This document shows positions 1-13,239 of a stretch of DNA of 64,000 bases, piece by piece; the first letter of the stretch is position 1, and each line of letters opens with the position of its first letter. The position numbers and the translations under genes are program-made. The notes under the pieces were generated by a model. The model made no database searches and was not told where the DNA came from. It saw only the letters and a program-made list of their open reading frames with translations. This DNA comes from Octopus vulgaris (Eukaryota): positions 125,550,001-125,614,000 of the forward strand of contig OX597817.1 in assembly GCA_951406725.2 (NCBI GenBank), given 5' to 3'.

Positions 1-500
1 GGTTTGATATAAACAGAAAATACTTAATTTTTTGTATATGGAGCTAATAACTTTTATAGGTTACAAAGGGAATTTATCCCACTTGAAGGGAATTATATAT
101 GAAGATTTTGTCTGAAGTGCAAAGCTGCATGACAGATAAACGTAGAGTTGGTATGATGGTTGAAAAAAAAATGAAGCAAGCATGCTCCACTGGATATATA
201 ATATTAGGGTGAATGAGTCAAAGTGAATAAATATGGCATAAGAAAGATTGGGTGTAGGAGGAATCAGATATAGTGTGCAAGAGAGAAGACTGCATTGGCA
301 TGGACATGTAATGCCTATGGAGTGTGAGAGTTTGATGAAGCAGAGCTAAACAGTCCAAGTGGAAGCAACCTGTAGAAGATGCATACAAAGGAAGTTATAT
401 TTGAAAGAAATGGTGATACATAATTTCAAGAGGTTGGATCTTATGAAGGAGAGAACAAAGGAATACAAGGGGTGAGACAAAATACTGAAAAAGCCTGTCC
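1..500 (+). mobile_element. Decayed 3' part of RTE-clade LINE
   Basis: Translates to LGVGGIRYSVQERRLHWHGHVM (~248-315), the RTE C-terminal 'RRLxWxGHV' motif; homologous to 58065-59070; many stops. Confidence 0.85.
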
Positions 501-605
501 AATACATGGAAGTATGGAAAACAAACATCAACACACATACACACTCACGCACGCGCACACACATGCTTACAAATATGAATATATACGCACACATACACAC
601 ATATA

Positions 606-795
606 CATCAAAAAGTTCCTAAACTTACTCTGCTATATTTAACACAATGCCTCTTAAACACACGGTATGTAGACAGCTATAATCTCAGAGTAAATTGTAA
701 TGAATATTAATGCCACAGTTCAAATGCATATTGCAATGGTGGCAATGTCCTCCAAACAACTGTCATAATGAATTCACAGAACTTTTTGAAGATAA
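606..795. mobile_element. Possible mariner-type MITE remnant
   Basis: Short inverted ends tcaaaaagttc / gaactttttga. Confidence 0.3.
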
Positions 796-1004
796 TATGA
801 TACCACGTGTTTGTTTTTCTATTTCTTTTGTGCTACATTCTTGTTCTCATTCATCTGAATTATTGCTATAATCTTTTCTAATCATCTCATAGTTCCATTC
901 TTGAACTGCTAGCTGTACACACAAAAGTTTATACTTCTGCAGTAGCTGAACTTCTGGCAAAGAATGAATGGTATGATAGCTTTTCTACGTAGAGAGAAGG
1001 GTTT

Positions 1005-1082
<78 letters not shown>

Positions 1083-1092
1083 GGTGTGTGTG
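1005..1092. repeat. (TA)n(TG)n compound microsatellite
   Basis: Directly visible; one of dozens in the window. Confidence 0.95.
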
Positions 1093-1093
1093 T

Positions 1094-1396
1094 TGGAGGT
1101 GCAATGGCCCAGTGGTTAGGGCAGCGGACTCACGGTTGTAGAATCGCGGTTTCAATTCCCAGACCAGGCATTGTGAGTGTTTATTGAACGAAAACACCTA
1201 AAGCTCCACGACGTTCTGGAAGGGGGTGGTGGCGATCCCTGCTGTACTCCTTCGCCACAACTTTCTCTCACTCTTTCTTCTGTTGGCCTGCTCACTTAGT
1301 CAGCGGGGTGGCGCCATTTGAAGGCTAAAACAATGCGAAGCGCATTGTGACCAGCGATGTGTAGCAACATCTGATAGCCTGGTTAGTCACGGTGAT
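1094..1396 (+). mobile_element. tRNA-derived SINE, family A (head ggaggcgcaatggcccagtggttagggcagcggactc), tail type 1
   Basis: A-box-like tggcccagtgg and B-box-like ggtttcaattcc; head shared with 6921, 35642-36151 and 55685-55985. Confidence 0.85.
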
Positions 1397-1409
1397 ATAT
1401 ATATATATA

Positions 1410-1880
1410 TGAGAGAGTGACCACTCTGTGGTTAACTCTAGTGCTAAAAATAGCCCCGTTACTGGTATAGCCAGTAAAATTGTTTCCAAGAAGAAATAAC
1501 ACTACATTTAACGTAAGGTAAGTGAAATATAACGAAAAATAGATTAACCCTGAACAATTGTTTCATTATTAATGTAATATGCAATTGTACTTACACAACA
1601 TCTATAAATCTTCAGCAGTCTTAAGTACAATTTATTAGATCGCACGAGCGTCAAATACACGTGTGGTTTAATCAATTGTATTCGTAGTAATGATTCAAAT
1701 TCCCCCGCCAAAAGAGTGATAAGACTCACTGGAAACGAATACTGCATAAAATATTTACTGCAGTATAATTAAATTTATAAATAAATTATGTATAAATTTG
1801 TATTGTATCCCTGGTTTTTATGTGCTAAGCCACTTGGTGTTAAATTGATGGTATTATTAAATTTATAAATATATTTATAA
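1410..1880 (-). mobile_element. Penelope-like terminal-repeat remnant with hammerhead motif
   Basis: Flanked by (TA)n; contains a hammerhead at 1550-1618; gccacttggtgt(t)taaattgatg shared with ~39910. Confidence 0.55.
1550..1618 (-). ncRNA. Type I hammerhead ribozyme motif (helix II partly decayed)
   Basis: Minus strand reads ctg-CTGAAGA-[helix II]-GAA-acaattgt-t-cag: stem I ctg/cag, palindromic stem III. Confidence 0.65.
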
Positions 1881-1881
1881 A

Positions 1882-1924
<43 letters not shown>

Positions 1925-1926
<2 letters not shown>

Positions 1927-2130
1927 TCATCATCACCATCATCATCATATTCGTCATTTAACATCTGTTTTCCATGTCATCATGGGTTAGACAGTTTGAC
2001 AGGAGCTGGCCAACTGAAGAACTGCCCACGTTAATTCTGTCATGGTTTCTATGGCTAGATGCCCTTCCTAATGCCAACCACTTTACGTGCTCTTACAAAG
2101 CAACCAGTATTTACATGGCATCAGTATGGG
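1925..2130 (-). mobile_element. RTE-related non-autonomous repeat with (TGA)n tail (aggaagggcatccagc family)
   Basis: Same motif at 20697-20845(-), 23220-23365(+), 36860-37185(+) and 41335-41402(+). Confidence 0.7.
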
Positions 2131-2229
2131 TGCTTTTTATGTGGCACCATCTCCCATTATCCCACAATATTAGGAATGTTCAACTGGAGAGGGATCTGGG
2201 AGGACATGCCTGTATGCAAGGACGGACAT

Positions 2230-2430
2230 AATTTTACTTTGTTTGACATGTCTTCTCAAGCACAACAAACTACCAGGTGTGATCCTCTCTTTGAGGTTCA
2301 ATGTCTGAAGATCCTTCCTCACTACTTCGTCCCACGTCTTCTAGGGTCTACCCCTTCCACCTGTTCCCTCCACAATTAGAGATTGGTGACTTTTGATACA
2401 ACTGTCTTCACTCATATGCATTTCATGATT
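2230..2430 (-). mobile_element. RTE LINE 3' fragment
   Basis: Reverse strand VEGTGGRGRP-KTWDEVVRKDLQTLNLKE, matching the end of 58065-59070. Confidence 0.75.
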
Positions 2431-2590
2431 GTATCAACACAGATTGGTATCAAACGTTAACCATAAAGACTGTGCCACTCAACAAACTGGATAACAAATT
2501 AAAGAGACAAAATGTCCATTTTATCTCTTTATATTTAACGTATGATATTGCAATAGCCAGAGTTTTGAAGAACTGTAAATCTGGAGTATA

Positions 2591-2996
2591 GGCGCAGGAA
2601 TGACTGTGTGGTAAGTAGCTTGCTTACCAGCAACATGGTTCCGGGTTCTGTGTCACTGCGTGGCACCTTGGGCAAGTGTCTTCTACTTTAGGTTCGGGCC
2701 GACCAAAGCCTTGTAAGTGGATTTGGTAGACGGAAACTGAAAGAAGCCCATCATATATATGTATGTATATGTATGTGTGTGTGTGTGTGTATGTTTATGT
2801 GTCTGTGTTTGTCCCCCCAACATCGCTTGACAGCAGATGGTGGTGTGTTTACGTCTCCGTAACTTAGCCATTCGGCAAAAGAGGCCGATAGAATAAGTAC
2901 TAGGCTTCCAAAGAATATGTCCTGCGTTCGATTTGCTCGACTAAAGGCGGTGCTCCAGCATGGCCGCAGTCAAATGACTGAAACAAGTGAAAAAAG
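2591..2996 (+). mobile_element. tRNA-derived SINE, family B (ggcgcaggagtggctgtgtggtaag; CORE-like ggcaccttgggcaagtg; internal TA/TG microsatellite)
   Basis: About ten similar copies in the window; A/B-box-like head. Confidence 0.9.
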
Positions 2997-3297
2997 ATCC
3001 TCTCAAAAATACAAAACGTGTATAGTGTAGATATCATCAATTTCATACAACACCTAGGTATACTCCGACATGAACATCTTGTCAAAGCAAGAAATAAATA
3101 TGAGATTACACCATGGATTTCAACTCTTTTACTAAATGCAAAGTAAATGATAAACAAGAAAAAGTGTATTCCAATACATTAACAAACAAGTCTATAAAAT
3201 AAGCCTCCTAGTTTATAAAATGATTTAAATTTGCATGTTATGAATTGTGACGTTTGAACAAGGAACTTATTTTTTTTAAAATTGTGTAGTGATTTTG

Positions 3298-3472
3298 ATG
3301 CTCATCATCATCATTGTTCGACCGTGGTCGAGACAATGGAATTTACTATGTTACGCCAGACTTCACGGTCCATCATAGCATTATATCCTGTTGCTGGATG
3401 CCTGTATCCTGGAGATTACATCAGGGTAGGAGAGTGTGCGCCCTCTGGTATTGCGAGTAGATGGCTTCCAGA
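3298..3472 (-). mobile_element. 3' end of a second RTE-type LINE family with (TGA)n tail
   Basis: Reverse strand WKPSTRNTRGRTLSYPDVIS...AMMDREVWRNIVNSIVSTTVEQ* followed by tgatgatg. Confidence 0.75.
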
Positions 3473-4425
3473 GGATGTTCATACAATAAGCCATGAATAA
3501 TATAGTTGAACATTTACTAGCCTCAGTTGGTGTAAAATGCCGTAATACTGTCTCCAAGGGTTTAGTTAATCAAATAGACTAAAGCACCTGTTTCATCCGG
3601 TACATTTTATCGTTACTTTTCTCTTCAATGTATCTAAAGCCATATAAGATACGATATAAGCTTAAGCTATTTCTTTAGACAAACATAAAAACACACACTG
3701 TACACTCACACATATATGCACACATGTATATACACACATGTTCTTTATACTTCTTCAATGCCCTTTTAATAAATGCACCAAATCAAAATATCTAATCATG
3801 AATTAATACATCTTTTCTTTTGCATAAACACTAAATAAAAATAGGATTAGAGTTAATCATTTGACTGTAGAACTTCCAGCATTTTAGCTATTCATATCAA
3901 TACCATCTTTAATCTGGTATGCATTTTATCAGGCTTTATGTGGAATGGAAATGTTGCGTCCATTTAGAAACATAACACATAAAATAATAAATATAAATGC
4001 AGACCCATTCACACACACATGCATACACACATATATTCTTTCAGTGTTTTAATTGTTCCAGTCACTGATCTGTGGTGATTCTGGGACAACATCCATGATA
4101 AATCTTACTCACATGATACCGGTCAATTATAGGCTGTAGAGTGAAATTGAATTTATTTGTCATCACAAGAAGGCAAAGAGACATTAATCATAAGGCTATA
4201 ATAATCTGTTTTTTTATTTTTTAATGGCTTCAACCATTAAATTGTGGTAATATTAATACCTTCCCTTCAAGGGTTTTAGTTGTTGCATGCATATAATTCT
4301 ACCTATGTTATTGAACACGAAAGATAGATTGACAAATTTGAGCTAGCTGTAAATGTATGTAATCAAAAGGGACCTAATATAACTAGCTATTTTCACATGA
4401 TGAACTGACTCCACAATATATACAT

Positions 4426-4474
<49 letters not shown>

Positions 4475-5658
4475 CATACATACATATACATATACACATA
4501 TATATATATTTATATATATAAATATGCATATATGTATATACATACACACACACACATATATATACACACACATACACTCGACAGTATGGGTTTGGTGTAT
4601 TGATTGGATTCTTGGAATGTATTTTAGAGTTTTATGATTCGTTGACGTGTTTCAGAGAGGTTTGCAGGTTGTTTCTCATTGTGAGAGAAAAGTAGATATT
4701 TCTTATTTTATCACATTTTCATGAGATTTCTTTTTCTCACGTTCTCTGGCTTGGAGGTAATTTGCAGAGCTTCAGGTTGGTCTTTTATCATATTGTTCAG
4801 ATAGAAACTCATCTAGCTTTCTTCTTCGTTGTACAATTACTTTTATAATATGATTTTACCTTCCATTTCTTCTGGAAGAGCTGTCGAAAATATGTCCCTT
4901 TTTGTAATTTTCAAACCAGCCGACGTTTTTTTCCCAACATTGGAGAGATTTCAGTTGTCTTTTTCTATACATTCTTTTTTTTCCCCGAGTTTTAAGATAT
5001 TTTCGAGGATCGGGCCCTTGAAATCTAATTACAAAGAAATGAAAGGCAACATTTCAGAATTCTGCAGAAAATTACGACACAGGAAAAAAGAAGGGGACTA
5101 TAAAAAAAAAAACATATAAACAAAAATAAAATAAACATGCTAGCAAGAAACAGCAGTAACTCTCCTTCTCCAAAAGGTTGGAACAAACCTTTTGATGGCT
5201 TCTGTGAGTATATTTAAAATTTTCCGTATGAACACAGGTACACACAACAACTCAAATCACACTTCAAAAATATGATAACATGAACAAACGAAAATTTTAT
5301 AAAGAAATAACATTGAAGAGGCCAATAATGGAAATGCAATAGTCTTGATGGCTACATAATACAACATAAAAATTGTGTTATCAATATTACAAGACAATAC
5401 ATACATATAAGACTGAAACGTGTAATCAATAGAATATAATGAGAAACCTTGTAATATTAATAAACGTATACCGAAAATTACTAACTGACAAAAGAACATA
5501 ACTATATATAACTATATTACTATTTTTGAATACAAATCAAGCCATCTTTGTGGCATTCCGAAAGTTCACAAAAGTGTTATAATAAGAGAAGCATGCAAAG
5601 GAACAACAGGCGTATATATTGGTAGACTATCTCATAAATAAACAGAAATTTAGATATG

Positions 5659-6618
5659 TATAGCAGTGATTCGAATCCTAAAGCCTAGATAACCGGTCAG
5701 TCACCAAGGCCCAACCACAAAAGTTTCATGTGATCGGTCTATTATGCAAACAATCAGCGAGACGCTGTTGCAGAATTTAATCTTCTAGAATCTTCTTGTA
5801 CGCTATAAAATAAAAACGTTTTTGGTGGTAATTAATCGTAGTGTTGAAAGGCAGCTGAGAGATATGCACCTCCATTCTTCCCAGCAGCCGACAGAGCAGA
5901 TAGCCAAGGCGTAGACGGCTCAGATAGTTGACCTAGAACCTTCATCTCCATGGGGATAGCACAACTGTTTTCTGTAATCTCAGAGCAGTATCTCTCTCCC
6001 AGTCTGTAATTATTGCTGTTGTTAACTGTAAAAGGCCAATGCAGTCTATCTTTATGTGCAACTATAAAATCTTTTGTTGTATATTCGCGGGTGTTGTTCA
6101 GTTAATTTTTCAAGCAGCCCGAGAAAAAGATTTTCATTCATTAACTCATCCAGCTACCTTATCAGCAACCACAGAACACCTTATTGCACTCGTGATATTG
6201 GTGACACCTGAAATTCATCTTCTCATCGTTTGGTGATATTCGACTCAGAAATAGACAGCAAAAACCGTCATCATAGACCCGATTCATTGAGCACGTGATT
6301 GTCAACTCATCACCAATATCACAACAACAAGAAAAAGATCTGAGGGGCAAATGCCGTCCGACATACAATTCTTACTGCAACGCCTACCTCTGCAAGGTAT
6401 GACGTTGCGAACACTGTTAGCTCAGACGCATCTTCTGTTTTGTTCGCAATAGCAGTCAAATCTAACATTCATTATAGAAGAATATCTCTTCTCTTGAATA
6501 TGTGATTCCGGATCCAGAACCTTCCGGAGTTCACTGTAACGGCCAGCATTTAATCTCTTCTTAATCTCTTATTTTCGTGGTTCCAACTAATTTGTGCTTA
6601 AAAGAAATGGCAACTACA
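5659..6618 (+). mobile_element. Putative LTR-like repeat, copy 1
   Basis: Starts tatagcagtgattcga, ends actaca; TATAAAA at 5804; first ~480 bp homologous to 8057-8570. Confidence 0.4.
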
Positions 6619-6917
6619 TATATTATGGATATTTCTTATTCAAATACTTCAGGTAAAAAGAAGCTTATCTTCTCACTTTCTTCTCTTCGAATTCCCCTGA
6701 ATTGTCAAATATCCGTAAAATGACTGAAGACAAAATTCAGCTCCTGACACGTGCAATAGCACTTGTCTCATTATTTTGTGTGCTCAAACACTCATGACCG
6801 AAGCACTTCAACAAATCCTTCATTCACTGTGTTCAACTAGGTTCTTAAAACTTAGCTGCTTAATTGGGGGAAATCGGCAGCTTTCTTTTGTCAATAATGC
6901 ACTTGTATCATTCCTAG

Positions 6918-7240
6918 GAGTGGAGGCGCAATGGCCCAGTGGTTAGGGCAGTGGACTCGCGGTCGGAGGTGAGAGGTTTCGATTCCCAGATCGGGCGTTG
7001 TGTGTGTTTATTGGGCGAAAACACCTAAAAAGAGGTCCACGAGGCTACGGCAAGGGGTGGTGGCGACTCCTGTTGTACTCTTTCGTCACAACTTTCTCCC
7101 ACTCCCTCTTCCTGTTTCTTGAGTAAAGCTGCGATGGACTGGCGTCCCGTCCAGCTGGGGGGAACACATACGCCACAGAAACCAGGAAACCGGGCCCATG
7201 AGTCTGGCTAGGCTTGAAAAGGGCGACGTTTATCGTTTTA
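6918..7240 (+). mobile_element. SINE family A with V-domain-like tail; 11-bp TSD
   Basis: TSD atcattcctag at 6907-6917 and 7241-7251; ctgcgatggactggcgtcccgtccag resembles the V-SINE domain. Confidence 0.9.
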
Positions 7241-8056
7241 ATCATTCCTAGAAAGCCCTTTCACCATGTATGTCAATCTCCAAACAATAACTAACTCGAT
7301 ATAATCCAACACGGATTAACACTACCCAAGACTCAGCGAACACGTTGATTATATTTCACAATTTATTGCGAGTATATGGCATATCAAGGGCGCTGAAAAT
7401 TTTTTCAACAGAAATAGCAGCTTGCATGAACGACAGGCGTATTTCTTGGCTCAAAAGAAACCAGCAACACAACGAATTGCAGCTAAACTGCTTTGCATAT
7501 ATGACTTCACAAAAGAGACTCTCAAGAACATTTTTTGTGCATGTTTGTATGACTACTTTGCATTTTGTTTTTATTAAAAATTTTAAAAATATTTTGCCCT
7601 AGCGGCAAACGCCATTCCTTCAAAACCACTTTTATATATTTGCAGCAGACATGTCCAAAGTTACCAAATTTTTTCTGCAGGCTTCATTGCAATCAGTTTC
7701 ACATACGCATGCATATTACATGGGGTCCCATATTTCTATGCGACTATACACCATCTATGCATTTCTGTTACTCAATGTTCTGATAAATTGCATCTTTAAA
7801 TGTCATTTTCTCTATTTGCACGTGCTTCACATTTTAATACAATTTTGCATATATGAACTCTATTTATGAACAATGGTTATTTGTCTTCACTTTGTTACAT
7901 GCCTTTTTACTTTTGTATTTTGTATTTCAATATTTCCAGTTAGATTTAAATTTTAGTCCTCTCTCAAGTATATGTGCACTACTCTCTTTTTTCTTGCAGA
8001 TTTTCTTTTTACTGTTCCACTCTTTTCCATTCCCTAATAAGTTTGGGGAAGACTGC

Positions 8057-8570
8057 TGTAGCGGTGATTCGACAGATAAGTAACCGGTCAGTCATCACGA
8101 CCCAACCACAATAGTTTCATGTGATCGACCTATTAAGGAGCCAATCAGCATGAAGCTGTCACGAGGTTTAATCTTCTGGGATTTTCTTCTTGTATTCTAT
8201 AAAAAGGCCCCGTTTGGAGGTAATTAATAGCAGAGAGCTGAAATGGGGATGAGTTATATACGCTATCTTTGATGCTAGTAGACTGTCTAAATAAACTTTT
8301 CCCGAAGACGGCCAATACAGAAGACTCAGATACAGGATCTAGAGCCTCCATCGTCACGAAAATAGCATAACTGTTTTTAGATATGTTGGGCAAACCGCGT
8401 GTAGCTGTTACAATAGCTTTCTGTAATCTCAGAGCAGTATCTCCCTCCCAATCTGTAATTATTTCTATAAATGGTAAAGGCCAATGCAGTTTATCTTTAT
8501 GTGCGACAATAAATTTTTCTGTTATATGTTCAGTTATTCTTCGTGCAGCTAAGAAATATATTTTCATACA
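8057..8570 (+). mobile_element. Putative LTR-like repeat, copy 2 (truncated)
   Basis: Starts tgtagcggtgattcga after purine-rich ggggaaga; CCAAT at 8141, TATAAAA at 8198; diverged direct repeat of 5659-6140. Confidence 0.4.
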
Positions 8571-8847
8571 CAACCATTTCTTCAAGCATTTTGAACGGTA
8601 GTGAGGTAAAGTTTCTGTGCGAAAATTTCAGTTAGAATTCTAAGAAAAAATATTTGAAAAATGTCAGACATTTTCAAATAATTCTCTTGGAATTCTAATT
8701 GAAATCTACACAGATCACTTTAACCTGTTAGCTTTCAAAGTGCCTGACGAATTGGTCTGCTTGTTTAATTCTTATCATAATACATTTATGAGCATAGAAC
8801 TAGCTATACTATGGAAACGTGTGTAGCAAAATCTCCTCTCCGTTTCC

Positions 8848-9125
<278 letters not shown>

Positions 9126-10699
9126 CAATTACGGTCAATATGTTTATTGTATATAAATGTAAACGGATGTGTGAATAATTGAAGAAAGTAGAACTGAAGA
9201 CATTTCGTAAGGGTTACATGATATATATGTTAATCACAATTTAGCTCAACTCTCCATGATTTAAAGTATCGTGTGTGCGTAGGGCATGTCCATCTGATCA
9301 GATAACATGATAAATTAAGTTTGATTCCCGACCACATTGATATGGATTCAGTTTCCCAGCATGAAACTTGGTGAAGCATTTTCTGCCACTGTCCCCTACC
9401 AAAACCTTGTGAGGGAATTTCGTAACTGAAGCTGAAAAATAAGTTCATGGTATGTATGTATGAATGTTTGTATACCTGCGTATATTTGTATGCATGTAAA
9501 TGTGTGCACTTGTGTACAAGCATGTGTGAGCATGAATGTACCAGCACGTGAGTTTCTCTATGTACGTGAATATATCTGCTTGTCAGGGTGAGTGTGTTTA
9601 CACAAGTATAACTATATTTTATTAAAGGATGTAAAAAATAAATTATCAACGAACGCATATTCTTTAATGAGGAAACATTTCACTTCTGAAACCACAGAAA
9701 ATTTGTTATTTTCCTTTTTTTTATATTCTAACCAACAACTAAAGTAATTAAAATTCACTTTCAATTTTTGGAAAATCTATAGTTTCCTCTGCATGTAAGA
9801 ATTTAAATAGAATATGCTTCTTGAAAATTTTGTATAAAATATTGCATTGATTAGATTAATGCTACAGTGTATGTCTAAAGGATTTAAACTAATCACATCG
9901 CCTCCAGTTTATATATTTTGCCGATTCTGGAATATGCTGGAATTTATGTTATTAGAGACTCATTGTAATAGGAGTGTTCTGTAGTTTATTTTCACAATGT
10001 CTTTTCACTGAGTGTCTTCCATTATGGTATTGTTAAAGATATACAATTCTTAAAACTGCTGTTGTGCTTGGCTCTGGTTTAAAACTGATCAAACAGACCT
10101 ATGATAAAAGTTATTCCAGCAATGACAAGCTCTTTCATTGATTTTATTTAGAATTTTTATTTTCAGAACTGCATTATCCAGTATATCCTTCCTTTTGTAG
10201 GATAATATAGTATCTCTTGTGGTAGAAATTTAGCCTCTATTTCTGGCCATTTGAGTAACTGTCTAGAGAATTCCATCCTCAATGACATGCCATACATTAG
10301 CTTGTTCTAGCATGTGTAATTTTACTCTAAAACATATTTTAATTGGAACTGCTGTGTTTGGAAACACTGTTCTTAATGACATTATTATATTGTATTTGAA
10401 TCAAAGAAAAGAAAACGGCTATTTGGTCAAGAGGCTCACTTGCAACTATGTGGTTTTGGATTCTGTGCAACACAGCCACCTTGAGCAAGTTTGTCTTTTA
10501 TTCTAAACCTGGTCCAACTTGTGAATGAGTTCACTAGACAAAAACTATTCAGAAGTCTGTCAAAAGTGTGTGTGTCTGCAGGAGGTGTTCATGGTGTGTA
10601 TTTGTGTATCTTTGTTTTTGCTTTTATCAGTCAAGGCTTAATTACTGTTGCTAGTTTGCTTAAGCGTATGTGTACGTGTGTAAAAAATGGATAACGATG

Positions 10700-13190
10700 A
10701 TCTTGACAAATGACAAGGATTTGCCAAATGACAATACTCATGACAAATGACAATGAACCTATCTTTGTGTTCAGTGATTTCAATGGACATGTTGGGCGGC
10801 ATCCTGGATGATTCTTTGGTGTGCTTGGAGGCAACCAACTTGGATCTCAAAATAAGTAGGGATCAAAGATGTTGCAGTTGGTCTGCAATACTAATTTCAC
10901 TTGACCAAATGATCTGTAATACTAATTTCACAAACCAGCCAGTCACTTGATCATCTATCAAAGTGGTAGGCACACAAGCCAGATTGACTACATTCTTACC
11001 AGAAAGTGGAATGGACAGATAGTTTCGAATAGGAATATTTTTTCCTGGAGAAGAAGGTATTATCCCACATAGTTAGCAATTTCAAACTTAAAGTTGGAAG
11101 GACTCTGAGACACAACCCAATCTAATAAAGTAAGATTTAAAAGCTTAAAAGATCCATTGAACAGTCAGAGATTAAGGGAAGTTCTAATTAAAGCATTTGA
11201 TGAGATAGAGGAAGAAGTAAAGATGTATAAAATAGAGACTAGCTGGAACTTCTTACTGGAGAACACTTCTGAGGGCAACAGGCATAATTTGTGACTAATA
11301 TGAAGTCCCAGTTACGCTAAGGGTTACTCGGTGGTGAAACAGTGAAGTAGACAAAAGCCTGAAAATAAAGAGACAGGCAACAAGCCTGGAAGGACTGAAA
11401 GAATGGAGGTAGTTAGAAAAGAAGCTATGGGACAGGTCAAAGTATCAAGGAGAGAAGACAAGAAGAGGTTTAAAAATGCTATGTAGTGTGAGAATCAGAG
11501 AAGCATTTTCCCAGATTGTAAGACAGGACATTAGGAAATATTTAGATGTTGTGGAAGAGAATCGAGTATAGTCCTGAAATTAGCAACTCTAAAATGAAAG
11601 AGACATTGATATGCTATTATGAATGGCAAATAAATGTGAAGAATGCATTGGAGAAGTTGTCTTCAAAATGTGAACCCAATACAGGAACCAGCCATTTTAG
11701 CTGACAGCAGCATGACAGGTAAATGAATTAAAGTTATGAAGACAGGAAACATCCTGATCCGTTAGAAAATATCAGTGGAAAGCTTAATATATCTAACAGA
11801 GTGGGAAACTGCCTAGTCATCTGTATATCTGATCATGTTTTACAGGAAGATATCATACTCAACAATTTGCATTGGAACATTCTAATTAACTGTTACAAGG
11901 GTAAAGCAGATGGTTTGGATAGAAGTAATTATAGAGGTACCAAATTGCTGAATAAGGTCATGAATGTTATGGAAAGAGCTACAGTTCAACTAATTAGGAA
12001 GATAATTATACCATGTGAGATGAAGTTTAATTTTATGTTGAGGAGAAGTACTACTGATGCTCTCATTCTAGTAAGGCACCTGCAAAGTAATCAACCAAAA
12101 GTAGACTGCTGTATTTGGTACCTGTTGACTTAGAGAAAGCTTTCGGAAGAGTGTCTCGCACCCTGATATGGTGGTTACAGTGGAAGTTAAAAGCTGATAA
12201 ATGGCTTGTGACAGCCATTCAAGTGACATACCATGGGATGGATTGTCAGGAAAATGAGAGTTAGCAATAACTATAGCAACGAATTTAGTGTGCTGGTAGG
12301 AGGTCATCAGGATTTGGCCTTCATTCATTTCCTGTTTATTAAAATCTTCCAGGTCATAACAGTAATGCTGATGGCCTTGTTCTTATAGCTGAATCTGTAG
12401 TATTAGAAACGATATTCCAGGTGCAGAAGCAAAACCTAGAATCAACATGCCTTAAACTAAACTTAGCAAAGGTCAAATTTCTAGTATGCAAAAACACAGG
12501 ACAAACCACCAAGATCTTCAGGAAATGGCTCTGCTTGGATGTAGAATAGATGGTGGTAGTAATCACAGTTTACCCAGTACAAACTATGGACACATAAGAG
12601 GTGTATTAGAATTACAAGAAGATTAAAAGAGAAGGAAGAATTGCTTGTGAATAATGTGAGGTGCAATAAACACAGCAATAGTAGATTTTTCAAGTGCCTA
12701 AGAGGAACCTTATAGTTAGTAGAAGGTTTCTGTTAATTACATAAGCTAATTAGCAGTGGAAGAGAATGTTCTGAAAGTATTGTTACTTGAATAAGAACTG
12801 GTTGTAGAAAGTTCAGAGTATTATTGACTTTATTGGTAACAAAATGACTCCTTCTCAGAGTGAAAAGCAGATTTTATGATGCTTGTGACCAAACAGCAAA
12901 ACTACACAGTAGTGAAATTTGGTCGGTGAATATGGATGGGATGTGAAGACAACAAAGAAAAGAAACTATCATGCCCTGCTGATGTGCAATGTCAGTGTCC
13001 TTATAGGATAATTGTGCTGAAAGATTTTGGGGCAAAACAGATGTCAGATGTAATGTGAAAAGAGAAAACTGTGCTGGTATGGTCACGTCATGTGTAAAAA
13101 TGAGGACATTTGCACAAAAAACTACCAATCACTAAGAGTAGATGGAATCTGTGGAAGAGAGAGACCCAGGAAAATTTGAGACAAATTAAT
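10700..13190 (+). mobile_element. Long decayed RTE-clade LINE (APE endonuclease end plus RT), pseudogenised
   Basis: DFNGHVG (~10776), QIDYILT (~10980), YKGKADGLDRSNYRG, RRSTTDALIL, DLEKAF, ADGLVLIAES and WYGHVM in order; many frameshifts and stops. Confidence 0.9.
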
Positions 13191-13239
13191 GTAAACTTCC
13201 TTCAGGTTATGAATTCTCATAGTTTTGCAGTAGAATTTT

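Noticed and set aside
1094-1170. tRNA gene-like sequences (also 6921, 33545-33618, 55910-55985)
   Set aside because: SINE heads: continue into repeat bodies, several have TSDs, no clear acceptor stem or terminator
8145-8585. 146-aa minus-strand ORF
   Set aside because: Lies antisense in the LTR-like repeat; no equivalent ORF in the paralogous copy; no domain recognised
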